DNA of 32,000 nt from Candidatus Saccharimonadota bacterium (GTDB lineage: Bacteria; Bacillota_I; Bacilli_A; Mycoplasmatales; Hepatoplasmataceae): NCBI RefSeq assembly GCF_000582535.1, contig NZ_CP006932.1:210001-242000 (forward strand), in the 5' to 3' direction. Below the pieces are notes generated by a model, which was not told the DNA's origin, ran no database searches, and saw nothing but the letters and a program-made list of their open reading frames with translations. The stretch's first letter is position 1, and each line of letters begins with the position of its first letter. Of this stretch, positions 10,169-20,031 are shown piece by piece. Both the position numbers and the translations under genes were made by a program.

Positions 10169-11359
10169 ATGAATTTTAAAACAACTGAATTTGATAAATT
10201 CACAGCGGATGAGGATCGTGGTGCTCGAATAAAAATATTTGGTATTGGTGGTGGAGGATCTAATGCTGTAAACAAAATGATTGAAGCAAAAATTACAGGA
10301 TTAGATTTTTATGTTGCAAATACTGATGTTCAAGCCTTAAATGATTCAAAAGTAAAATCAGAAAATAGGATAGCTCTTGGGAAAAATTTAACAAAAGGAT
10401 TAGGAGCAGGAGCGAATCCGGATATTGGAACAAAAGCAGCACAAGAATCAATAGAAGATTTAAAAGAAATTATTAAAGATACAGATTTAATTTTTATTGC
10501 AGCAGGAATGGGAGGAGGAACAGGAACAGGAGCAGCTCCAATTATTGCTAAAGCTGCAAAAGATTTAGGATGCCTTGTTGTTGGAATAGTAACTACTCCA
10601 TTTGATTTTGAAGGGAAAGCACGTTCACTTAATGCAAAAATTGGTTTAAAAGCATTAAAAGATAATGTTGATTCTATTATTGTTGTTTCCAATAATCGTT
10701 TACTTGCTGAATTAGGAGATTTTTCAATTACTGATGCTTTTAAATTTTCTGATGCCACTTTAAAAAATGCTGTTCGTACAATTACTGATTTAATAAATAA
10801 ACATTCACTTATTAACTTAGATTTTGCAGATGTAAAAGCAGTACTTGCAAATCAAGGTCTTTCTTTAATTGGAACAGGTAAAGCATCGGGAGAAGATGGA
10901 GCTGTAGAAGCAGCAATTAATGCAATTCAATCACCAATTTTAGAATCTTCAATTGAAGGAGCTAAAAATGCAATTGTAAATGTACTTGGTTCACCAACTT
11001 CACTTACTTTAAAACAAGCTCAAGAAGCTGTACAAACAATTAAAGAGGCAGCAAATTCAAATGTGGATGTTATTTTTGGTGTTACAATAAATGAAGATAT
11101 GGGTGAAGAAATAGTTGTTTCAGTAATAGCAACAGGATTATCGCAAATTAAGGATTTTGATTTTGATAATATTACAATAAATCCAACAATTCAAAAAGAT
11201 AATTTTGAAGATTCCGATTTAGAGACATTCAAACAAGCAATTACGCAAGAAATGAATTTACGCGGAAAGAAAACAAAAAATCAAAAAACTGTTGATCCAC
11301 AATTAACAAAGGAGGAAACAGATATTTTCTCAGGTCTATCTCTTTTAGATGATGAGTAA
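10169..11359 (+). CDS. ftsZ: cell division protein FtsZ
   Basis: 396 aa. Contains GIGGGGSNAVN, the tubulin signature GMGGGTGTGAAP, and NLDFADV. Confidence 0.97.
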   Translation: MNFKTTEFDKFTADEDRGARIKIFGIGGGGSNAVNKMIEAKITGLDFYVANTDVQALNDSKVKSENRIALGKNLTKGLGAGANPDIGTKAAQESIEDLKEIIKDTDLIFIAAGMGGGTGTGAAPIIAKAAKDLGCLVVGIVTTPFDFEGKARSLNAKIGLKALKDNVDSIIVVSNNRLLAELGDFSITDAFKFSDATLKNAVRTITDLINKHSLINLDFADVKAVLANQGLSLIGTGKASGEDGAVEAAINAIQSPILESSIEGAKNAIVNVLGSPTSLTLKQAQEAVQTIKEAANSNVDVIFGVTINEDMGEEIVVSVIATGLSQIKDFDFDNITINPTIQKDNFEDSDLETFKQAITQEMNLRGKKTKNQKTVDPQLTKEETDIFSGLSLLDDE

Positions 11360-11380
11360 ATAATTGGATAATTTAAATTT

Positions 11381-11725
11381 ATGGGTAAAAATTCTTTAAA
11401 TCAGCAACAAACAATTGAGTTGAATCGTATGTTACTTATGAAAAGTAATAGAATTGAAAAAAAAGTTTACAAAAGAGCAGAGCTTGTAAGGATAAATCCG
11501 AAATCTTTTCGTGATGCAAAACAAATTGCAAAGGAATTAAAAAATTATAATGCAGTAATTGTTGATCTAGAAAGCACAACAGATAAAGATGCAACAAGAA
11601 TAATGGATTTTATTTCAGGCGTTTTATTTGCAATGGGAGGAAAACATAAAAAAATTTCTGAACGTAGTTTTTTTCTTGCTCCAATTCCAGATCTTACAGA
11701 AAAATTTTCAAACAATTTAGAGTAA
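11381..11725 (+). CDS. sepF: cell division protein SepF (DUF552)
   Basis: 114 aa, immediately after ftsZ. P.SF.DAKQIAKELKNYNAVIVDL...ATRIMDFISGVLFAMGG fits the SepF core. Confidence 0.8.
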   Translation: MGKNSLNQQQTIELNRMLLMKSNRIEKKVYKRAELVRINPKSFRDAKQIAKELKNYNAVIVDLESTTDKDATRIMDFISGVLFAMGGKHKKISERSFFLAPIPDLTEKFSNNLE

Positions 11726-11729
11726 TAAT

Positions 11730-11772
11730 ATAAAACAAAAAAGAAGGAGTTTATCCTTCTTTTTTGTTTTAT
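11730..11772 (+). terminator. rho-independent terminator after sepF
   Basis: ataaaacaaaaaagaagga-gttta-tccttcttttttgttttat. Long stem with a GC core and a T-rich tail. Confidence 0.75.
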
Positions 11773-11832
11773 ATTATTTTGTTATAATTCAATAAATTTT
11801 TAAAATAATATCATAAGAAGGTAAATTAAATA

Positions 11833-13539
11833 ATGTATGCGAGAAATTTATGTATAAAAGAATATTTTGAAATCAATTTTTTTGATATTCCTCATTTTCA
11901 AAGAAGTTATGTTTGAAAAAAAGGAGAAATTGATGAAATTTATGATGATTTTTATATTTTTTGATTAAATAATAATGTCAAAGAGAATTCTAATATTTTT
12001 CTTGGAAGTATTTTTATATTTAAAGAAAGTAATTGGAATACAATAATAGATGGTCAACAAAGAACAATTTTTTTATATATTTTATTAACATGTTTTAAAA
12101 AAAATATTGATAATTGAAAAAAATCAGGAAATAATATAGAATCAATTTTAGAAAATTGTTCTGAAGATCAAAAAATTATGTTTAAGGATATATTGGATTG
12201 ATTTGAAAAAAGATTTATGTTTTTAGAAATAAAATATCATAATAATAAATTAATTTGAAATTCTGAAAAAGAATCATTTATAATTGAAAATAAAAAATTT
12301 ATTCAAATGAATAATCATTTTAAATATTTAATGAAAAAAATTCAAAATGATAATAAAATGAAAGAAATAAGAAATATAATTTCAATATCAAATTTTATTT
12401 TAAAAAAAATAAACATAACTTTAAATTCAATTGATAATAATGATTCTATAAATGATATTTTTGAGTCAATTAATTCAAAAGGAAAAAAATTAACTACTTT
12501 AGATTTAATAAGAAATGATTTTTATAAAAAAAATAAAAATTTATTAAAGGAATTAGATTATATAATTGAAGAAAAAAAAATTATACAAAATAATATTGAA
12601 ATTATTTTAAATGTTTTTATTTGTACAAAAAGAAAAAAATTTTTTCCTAATAATTTAGTTTATAGAGAATTAAAAAAAATTTTTAATAATAATGAAGATA
12701 AAATAGAGAATTTGTTAGAAATAATTTCTTTTTACAATAAATATTTTTCAGAAAAAATAAATAGTAAAAATTATTTTCAAAAGTGAATTTTTTTTATTGC
12801 TGAAAAATTTAATTTAAAACAATTTAAGAAAATATTTTTATTGTATATTTGAGAAAATAGAAGTTTAAAATATGATGATGAATTTTTAAAAAAAATTTTA
12901 TTAAGTATTATTTATTTTATAAATTTAAAAAATAACAGAGCAAATGAAATAGAAAGATTAATGATTAGTAATAAAAATCAATTTATAAATAATATTTTAA
13001 TTAATAATGAATTTGAATTATCTAAATTAAATTTTTGATTTAAAGATAATTATAATAATTTCATTGATCTTAATGAATTTAAAGAAGATATAAAAATGAT
13101 TTATTTATTTTATTTTTTGAATATAAAGGAAATTGATAATGCAGAACATTGATGAAATATAATTCATAAAAATATAGAGCATGTTAAATCTAAATCAATA
13201 TGTAAAGAAAAGAATATTAATTGATGTGAAAACATTGGTAATATAATTTTTTATGATTCTAAGAAAAATAAAATAGCAAGTGATTTGGATTATATAGAAA
13301 AATTAAATAGATTTTATAATGATCCAAATGGTAGAATGAGTATTAATTATAATGGTAAAAATGGAGATCCTGTTTATATAATGTACAATTATATTACAGA
13401 ATTAAAAGGAAAGATTTGAGATTTTAATACAATTAAAAATAGAAATTTTGATATATTAAATAATATAAAAGAAAAATTTCTAGAAAATTTTTCAAATTCA
13501 AATTTAAGAATAAGTAAATTTAATTATTTAGATAGATAA
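11833..13539 (+). CDS. DUF262 + DUF1524 (GmrSD-like, ParB-type NTPase/HNH-like nuclease) protein, 568 aa
   Basis: ATG 11833 is in frame with track ORF 12307..12786 and open through many TGA codons to TAA 13537-13539. The N-terminus has the DUF262 hallmarks IPHFQRSYVW and IIDGQQRT. The C-terminus has a DUF1524-type pattern, NIEHVKSKS...NIGNIIFYDSKKNKIASD. Confidence 0.7.
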
Positions 13540-13658
13540 CCAATATGCTAGTTTAATTTTATATTAAAATTATCTTGTTAAGTGCATTTAAAATTATTAT
13601 ATTCAATTTATATAATTGGGTTGTGTTTTTCGCAAATTATTTATATCAAATATTTTTA

Positions 13659-14180
13659 TTAATTTTCTATGATAATTTTAAAAAGCTTAAATTTATTTAC
13701 TGTAATTGGTTCTTCTCAATTTAGATAACAAATATTATTATTTAAATTTATCTTTATCAAATTTTCTCTTTCTTTTGATGATATTTGATAAAGAACAATC
13801 TTGTAATTACTTGTTGTATTAGGATTACTTACATAATAAGGTCTTATTTTATTTTCTGAATTTTTATATTTGTAATCTAAAATTTTATTATCATTTAGAT
13901 AAATTATTTCTTTTTCTTTTATTTTTAAACTAGCATTTATATACTTTTTAAATTTTCTTTTAAGATTACTGAAATATTTTGTATCGTTTTGATCTATTAA
14001 GAAATTATTGTAATTTTCTAAATATTGATTTTTAATATTAATTCTTTTATATTCAATAAATTTATAATATTTATCTGTTCAATTTTTAAATTTATTGAAT
14101 ATATTATTGTTTACTGAGGATGTAATAAAAATATAAAATTTAAGATTTGAGAGATTTACTTTATTATTTTTTTCTTTCAT
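13659..14180 (-). CDS. hypothetical protein, 173 aa (paralog A of an unrecognised family)
   Basis: Reverse ORF from ATG 14180 to TAA 13659-13661 with two TGA=Trp. Starts MKEKNNKVNLSNLKFYIF and ends ICYLNWEEPITVNKFKLFKIIIEN. It aligns end to end with the reverse ORF at 16174..16740. Confidence 0.6.
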
Positions 14181-14338
14181 TTTAATAATAAATCTTAAAT
14201 CTTATATATTATTTTAAATTTCAATTTAAAAAACATATTTAATCTCCCTATCTAATTAAATTATATTATTTTTAAATTATTTAATTTAATTAAAAAAATT
14301 AATATTATAATTAATTTAAAGAAGATATTAAAAATAAA

Positions 14339-15352
14339 ATGATAGATTGTAATTTAATTGAAGAATTGATAATTAAAGAGAATTTATATTTAGCATTGAA
14401 TAATTACTATGATTTTAGAAGTAAGTTTTCTTTTAGAAATTTTATATTAAATTTGGATTCAGCTTATTTGTTTTTTTTTACATATTTTTTGGAAAAAAAT
14501 AAAATTCCTTATAAAAAAGAAAATCAAAAAAATAAAGATAAAACAAAAGAGGTGGAACAAATATATAATGATTTTAATCATTATATATTTGAAAATAAAT
14601 TATTCGAACTTCCAAAAAATTTTAAAAAAAATTATGAAACTTTAAGAATTTGAAGAAATATTTTTTATCATAACCCTTTTCCTGATTCAAAAAATAAATA
14701 TTATGAATTTAATTTAAAATATTACACAGAAAAAAATTGGGATAAAAATATTAAAAAACTTTTTTTGAATTTTACAAATATAATAATTTCAAATTATATT
14801 TATTTTTATGAAAAGATTTTTAATAAAAAGATAGATGTAATTTATCCCTTTTATAAAGATTTTTCTTTTTCTGATAATTTTTCTGAAAAAATGCAAAAAG
14901 TATTTTTAAAAATTCCAAAATTAAAAGAAATTGATAATTTTTATAATGAAAATTTATTTTTCATTAATAAAATAAATCCTAATGATTATTATGGGTCAGA
15001 AAAATTATTGAAAAATATTTTAGATGATTTTATATATTTAAAATATAGAAAGTCTTACTTAAATAAAAAAAATGAAGCAACAGGATCAGAAGCTTATAAA
15101 ATTTATTATTGTTTAAATATTCATAATGATTTTTATACTAATATTAATAATAGGAAATGAATTCAAAAATATCATTTTCCTCAAAATAAATTACATGGAA
15201 TCAATTTAAAAGCTTATCATAAAGATTTAATTCCCTATATAAAATATATAGTAGATAATTTTGATAAATTTGAAATAAGAAAAAGATGAATTAATAAAAA
15301 ACCATTTTTATTATCAGAAATAAAAAAGTGAAATATTGAAAAATATAGATAA
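14339..15352 (+). CDS. hypothetical protein, 337 aa, possible Abi-like HEPN-domain protein (RNxxxH motif)
   Basis: Track ORFs 14339..14653 and 14765..15160 share a frame, and the ORF is open through TGA codons to TAA 15350-15352. Motif LRIW-RNIFYH (14654-14671) fits the HEPN R-x4-6-H signature. The size and the N-terminal LALNNYYDF resemble my memory of AbiD/AbiF (Abi_2) proteins. No profile search was possible. Confidence 0.55.
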
Positions 15353-15353
15353 A

Positions 15354-15381
15354 AAAAAGAGAACTAAAAGTTCTCTTTTTT
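15354..15381. terminator. bidirectional terminator hairpin between convergent genes
   Basis: aaaaagagaac-taaaa-gttctcttttt, with an A-run 5' and a T-run 3', so it can serve both strands. Confidence 0.65.
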
Positions 15382-15390
15382 AAAATATTA

Positions 15391-16173
15391 CTATTTTATT
15401 AATTCTGGATTTGTATCTCTTGAATCAATATTTGTATAATAATCATTTGATAATTTTAATTTATTATGATTATCAATTATTCCTAAAATATTATTACTTT
15501 TATAAAGAATATATGTATCTTCTGCTAATTCTTCTGCTGATTTTCTTTCTCAACTTTTATAATTATTTATTCAGTCTTTTGGAAGATTAGATTTTTTAGA
15601 TGCTCTTTCTGCAAATTCTGTGCTTGTTCCTGCAGGAGCCATTACTTTTACTTTTATTTTTTTATTTAATTTTTGAAGTTCTTTTGCTACATTTTCTGTT
15701 CACGCACTTACAAATACTTTTGTACTACAATATGTAATTGCAGTAGGAAGAATTTTATATCCGCCTACTGAAGATACATTTATTAATTGAGCATCTTTAT
15801 CCAAATTATCTTTTATAAACATCATTGAAAGTAATGTAAGAGCTTTAATATTTAAATCTAACATTTTTTCAGTTTTATCAATGTTAGCTTCTCATACTAA
15901 ATTTTGATCACCAAATCCGGCATTATTTATAAAAATTTCTATTTGATATTTTTTTACATCTTGATAAAATTTTTTTATTTGATCTGAATTTGATAAATCT
16001 ATTGTAAATACAATAACATCAATTTTATATTTACTTTCTAATTGATTTTTAATTTCATTTAATAAATTTGTTCTTCTTGCTGCAATTATAAGATTATGTC
16101 CTTCTCTTGCAAATTTTTCAGCAAGTGCTTTTCCGATTCCTGAACTTGCACCTGTAATTAATGTATATTTCAT
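15391..16173 (-). CDS. SDR-family NAD(P)-dependent oxidoreductase (paralog 1, 260 aa)
   Basis: Track ORF 15892..16212 extends through TGA codons to TAG 15391-15393. Contains MKYTLITGASSGIGKA (TGxxxGxG), NNAG and the catalytic YCSTK (YxxxK). The start is taken at ATG 16173 by alignment with paralog 2. The frame stays open upstream into the preceding gene. Confidence 0.8.
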
Positions 16174-16740
16174 ATTTATTATCTTTCTGCACCATATTAT
16201 ATTATTTTTCACTGAATTAGATTCAAGAATTATTTTAAATAATTTAAATTTATTTACTGTAATTGGTTCTTCTGAATTTAAATAACATATATGATTATTT
16301 ATTTCAATTTTTTTTAAACTCGGTCTTTCTTTTGAAGAAATTTGATAAATTACAACTTTATGATTATTTTTTGTATTCGGATCATTTATAAAATATGGTC
16401 TATTTTTATTCTCTGAGTCTTTATATTTATAATCTAAAATTTTATTATCATTTAAATAAATTACTTCTTTATTTTTTACTTTTAAATTAGCATTTACATA
16501 TTTCTTAAATTTTTTCTTAAGATTACTAAAATATTTTGTATCATTTTCATCTATTAAAAAATTATCATATTTTTCAAAATACTTATCTTTACAATCAATC
16601 CTTTGATATTCGATAAAATTTTGATATTTATTCGTTCAATTTTTAAATTGTTCTAAAACATTAATTCCTACTTTTTCTGAAATAAAAATTTTAAATTTTA
16701 TTTCTAGCAAATTAAATTTATCAAAATTTTTTTCTTTCAT
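16174..16740 (-). CDS. hypothetical protein, paralog B of the 13659..14180 family; no stop codon, reads in frame into SDR paralog 1
   Basis: ATG 16740. Starts MKEKNFDKFNLLEIKFKIF and ends ICYLNSEEPITVNKFKLFKIILESNSVKNNIIWCRKIIN, running directly into MKYTLITGASS. Hand translation finds no TAA/TAG between 16740 and 15394. Under code 4 a single 449-codon ORF 15391..16740 is equally callable. Confidence 0.55.
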
Positions 16741-16750
16741 TTCATTTTAA

Positions 16751-17506
16751 TTAAACTCAACGAATATCATAATAACCATCATTCATTTTTAATTCATTAT
16801 TTTTAATTATTCCAAGAATATTATCACTTTTATATAATTTGTAAGTTTCCTCTGCTAATTCTTGTGCTGATTTTTTATTTACTCTATTTTTATATTCTTC
16901 AATTTGTTTTTGATTATATTTTGTTTTTGTTAAGGCTCGATCGTTAAATTCACTTTCGGTTGCTCCGGGGGCTAAAATTTTTACTTTAATTTTTTTATTT
17001 AATTTTCTTAATTGTTTTGCAACGCTTTCTGTTCATGATGATACAAAAACTTTTGAAGCTGAATAACTTATTGCTTTTGAAAAAATACTATAACCAGCAA
17101 CAGAAGATACATTTATTAATTGAACATCATTATCTAAATTATCTTTAATAAACATTATTGAAAGTGTTGTTAATGATTTAATATTTAGATCAATCATTTT
17201 TTCAATTTTTTTAATATCTGAATCTCAAGGTAAATTTACATCTCCAAATCCAGCATTATTTATAAAAATTTCAATTTGATATTTTTTTACATTTTTATAA
17301 AAATTTTGTATTTCATTAGAATTAGATAAATCGACAGTAAATACAATAACATCAATTTTATATTTACTTTCTAATTGATTTTTAATTTCATTTAATAAAT
17401 TTGTTCTTCTTGCTGCAATTATAAGGTTATGTCCCTCTTTTGCAAATTTTTCAGCAAGTGCTTTTCCGATTCCTGAACTTGCTCCTGTAATTAATGTATA
17501 TTTCAT
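16751..17506 (-). CDS. SDR-family NAD(P)-dependent oxidoreductase (paralog 2, 251 aa)
   Basis: RBS AGGAG lies 6 nt upstream of ATG 17506. Track ORF 17225..17527 continues through TGA codons to TAA 16751-16753. Contains TGASSGIGKA, NNAG and YSASK. Confidence 0.85.
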
Positions 17507-17738
17507 TTTTATCTCCTTTCTAAACAAATTATATTATTTTTTAAATGATTATTTAAATTTTCAATATATGTATCTTTCTTTATTTTAATTCATATTATTT
17601 TCTAAAAAAAAGATATATTTTCTTAAAAAATAAAAAGAATATAATTATTTTGAAAAGTGAAAATAAAATAAGCTTTTTTTAGGGGATTTTTAATTTTTAT
17701 GTATTAAAAATTAATAATTAAATAAAGGGATAAAAATT

Positions 17739-18950
17739 ATGATTAATATAAATTCAGAGTATAAAAAACTTAAAAAAGTTCTTTTGCATAGACCTGGTTG
17801 AGAAACAGAAAATTTAACACCAAGTACTTACGAACGTTTACTTTTTGATGATTCTTATTATTTAAAAGAGGCACAAAGAGAACATGATGAATTTGCTAAA
17901 TTACTTAAAAGTAAAGGCGTGGAAGTTTTTTATTTGGAAAATTTAATTGCTGAAACAATTTCAATTTCAAAAGATATTAAAGAAAATTTTTTAAAAGAAT
18001 TTATTATAGAGGGAGAGGTTTCACATCATTCACATCTTTATATAAGAGTAAAAAAATATCTTGATTCTTTCAAAAATAATAATGAACTTATTTTAAAATT
18101 GATGGCAGGAATTAGATTTAGTGAACTCCCAAATGTTGGAGGGAAAAAATCTCTGAGAGAATTAGAAAGTCAGAGCGATGTTTTTGTTCTTGATCCACTT
18201 CCAAATTTAATTTTTACAAGAGATCCATTTGCTTCACTTGGAAATGGGGTAACAATTCATAAAATGACTTTTAAAACAAGACGAAGAGAAACAAAGTTTG
18301 CTGAGTATATTTTTAAATATCATCCAGATTACAAAAATACACCTTTATATTACAATAGGAATCGATCAACAAGTATTGAAGGTGGAGATATAATGATTCT
18401 TTCTAAAACAGATATTGCTGTTGGAATATCACAACGAACAAATCCTGATTCACTTGAAAAATTAGCACATAATCTATTTGAAGATAAGAAATCTAAAGTT
18501 TTAAGAATTTGAGGAATATCAATTCCAAAAGGGAGATCTTGAATGCATTTAGATACAGTATTTACACAAATTGATATTAATAAATTTGCAATTTTTTCAA
18601 ATTATAAATTTGAAATCTTTCAGATAGCAAAAACAGGAAGCGATTTTAAAATAACTTCGGAAAAAATGTCAATTGATCAGTTGATGTCTAAAATTTTTAA
18701 TATTAAAAAAGTTACACTTATTCATTGTGGAGGGCAAGATCCAATTCATTCTGAACGTGAACAATGAAATGATGGATCAAATGTTCTTGCAATTGCTCCT
18801 AATGAAGTTATTGCTTATGATCGAAACCATGTAACAAATGATTTAATGCGAAAACATGGAGTTATTGTTCATGAAATTCCATCATATGAACTTTCAAGAG
18901 GACGCGGGGGACCAAGATGTATGTCTATGCCTCTTGAAAGAGAAGATTAA
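17739..18950 (+). CDS. arcA: arginine deiminase
   Basis: ATG 17739 is in frame with track ORFs 17919..18512 and 18543..18767. Contains [32 protein letters not shown] and the C-terminal [10 protein letters not shown] (catalytic Cys). Confidence 0.95.
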
Positions 18951-18972
18951 TTATTTATAAAAAGGAACAAAG

Positions 18973-19965
18973 ATGACAATTAATTTAAAAAATAGATCAA
19001 TACTTACAGTTGCTGATCTAACAACAGAGGAAGTTAAATATTTATTAAATCTTTCTCAAGATTTAAAAAAAGCAAAAAAATCAGGAAAAGAAACTTCAGA
19101 ATACAAAAAAAGCAATAAAAATATTGCAGTTATTATGCAAAAAACATCAACTCGAACAAGATCGGCATTTGAAGTTGCGGCAATGAATTTAGGAATTGGA
19201 ACAACTTATATTTCTGGATCAGATTCACAAATGGGAATTAAAGAATCGATGGAAGATACTGCAAAAGTTATGGGAAGATTTTATGATGGAATTGCTTTTC
19301 GTGGATTTAAGCATCAAGATGTCGAAATTCTAGCAAAAAATGCTGGAGTTCCTGTGTGAAATGCTCTTACAGATAAATGACATCCAACACAAATGTTTGC
19401 TGATTATCTTACAGTACTTGAAAATTTTAAAACAACCAAAGTTAAATTTGTTTTTTTTGGTGATGCTAAAAATAATATGGGAAACTCACTTGTTGTAATG
19501 TCTGCTCATATGGGAGCTCATTTTGTTGGCTGTGCACCAAAAACATATTGACCTTCTGATGAAGTTATCAAAAAAGCAAATGAAATTGCAAAAAAAACAG
19601 GAGCAAAAATTGAGTTTACAGAAGATCCAATGATTGCTTCCAAAGATGCTGATGTTCTTTATACAGATATTTGAGTATCAATGGGTGAACCAGATGAAGT
19701 TTGAAAAAAAAGAATTCATGATTTAAAACCTTATCAAATTAATAAAAAATTAATGAATAATGCAAAAAAAACAGCAATTTTTATGCATTGTTTACCATCA
19801 TATCATGATTTAAATACAGATATTGCAAAAGAAATTAGCAAAAAATTTGGACTTAAAGAATTTGAAGTTACTGATGAAGTATTTAGATCAAATCAATCAA
19901 AAGTATTTGATGAAGCTGAAAATAGAATGCATACAATAAAAGCAATTATTGCTGCTACTATTTAG
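18973..19965 (+). CDS. arcB: ornithine carbamoyltransferase (catabolic)
   Basis: Track ORFs 18973..19359 and 19753..19965 share a frame and join through TGA codons. Contains STRTR, HPTQ, DIWVSMG and HCLP. Confidence 0.95.
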
Positions 19966-20031
19966 TTTTTATATTTTTTAACTTAAAAAAATATAGTTAA
20001 ATATAAATAAAAAAAGAGGTGAAAATTTATT

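Noticed and set aside
11773-17527. Possibility that the accessory island is a mobile element or prophage remnant
   Set aside because: No integrase, transposase, recombinase, tRNA target, terminal inverted repeats or flanking direct repeats could be found by eye.
17528-17738. Search for an ArgR/Crp-Fnr-type operator upstream of arcA
   Set aside because: Only generic AT-rich sequence and several TATAAT-like hexamers are present, with no convincing palindrome.
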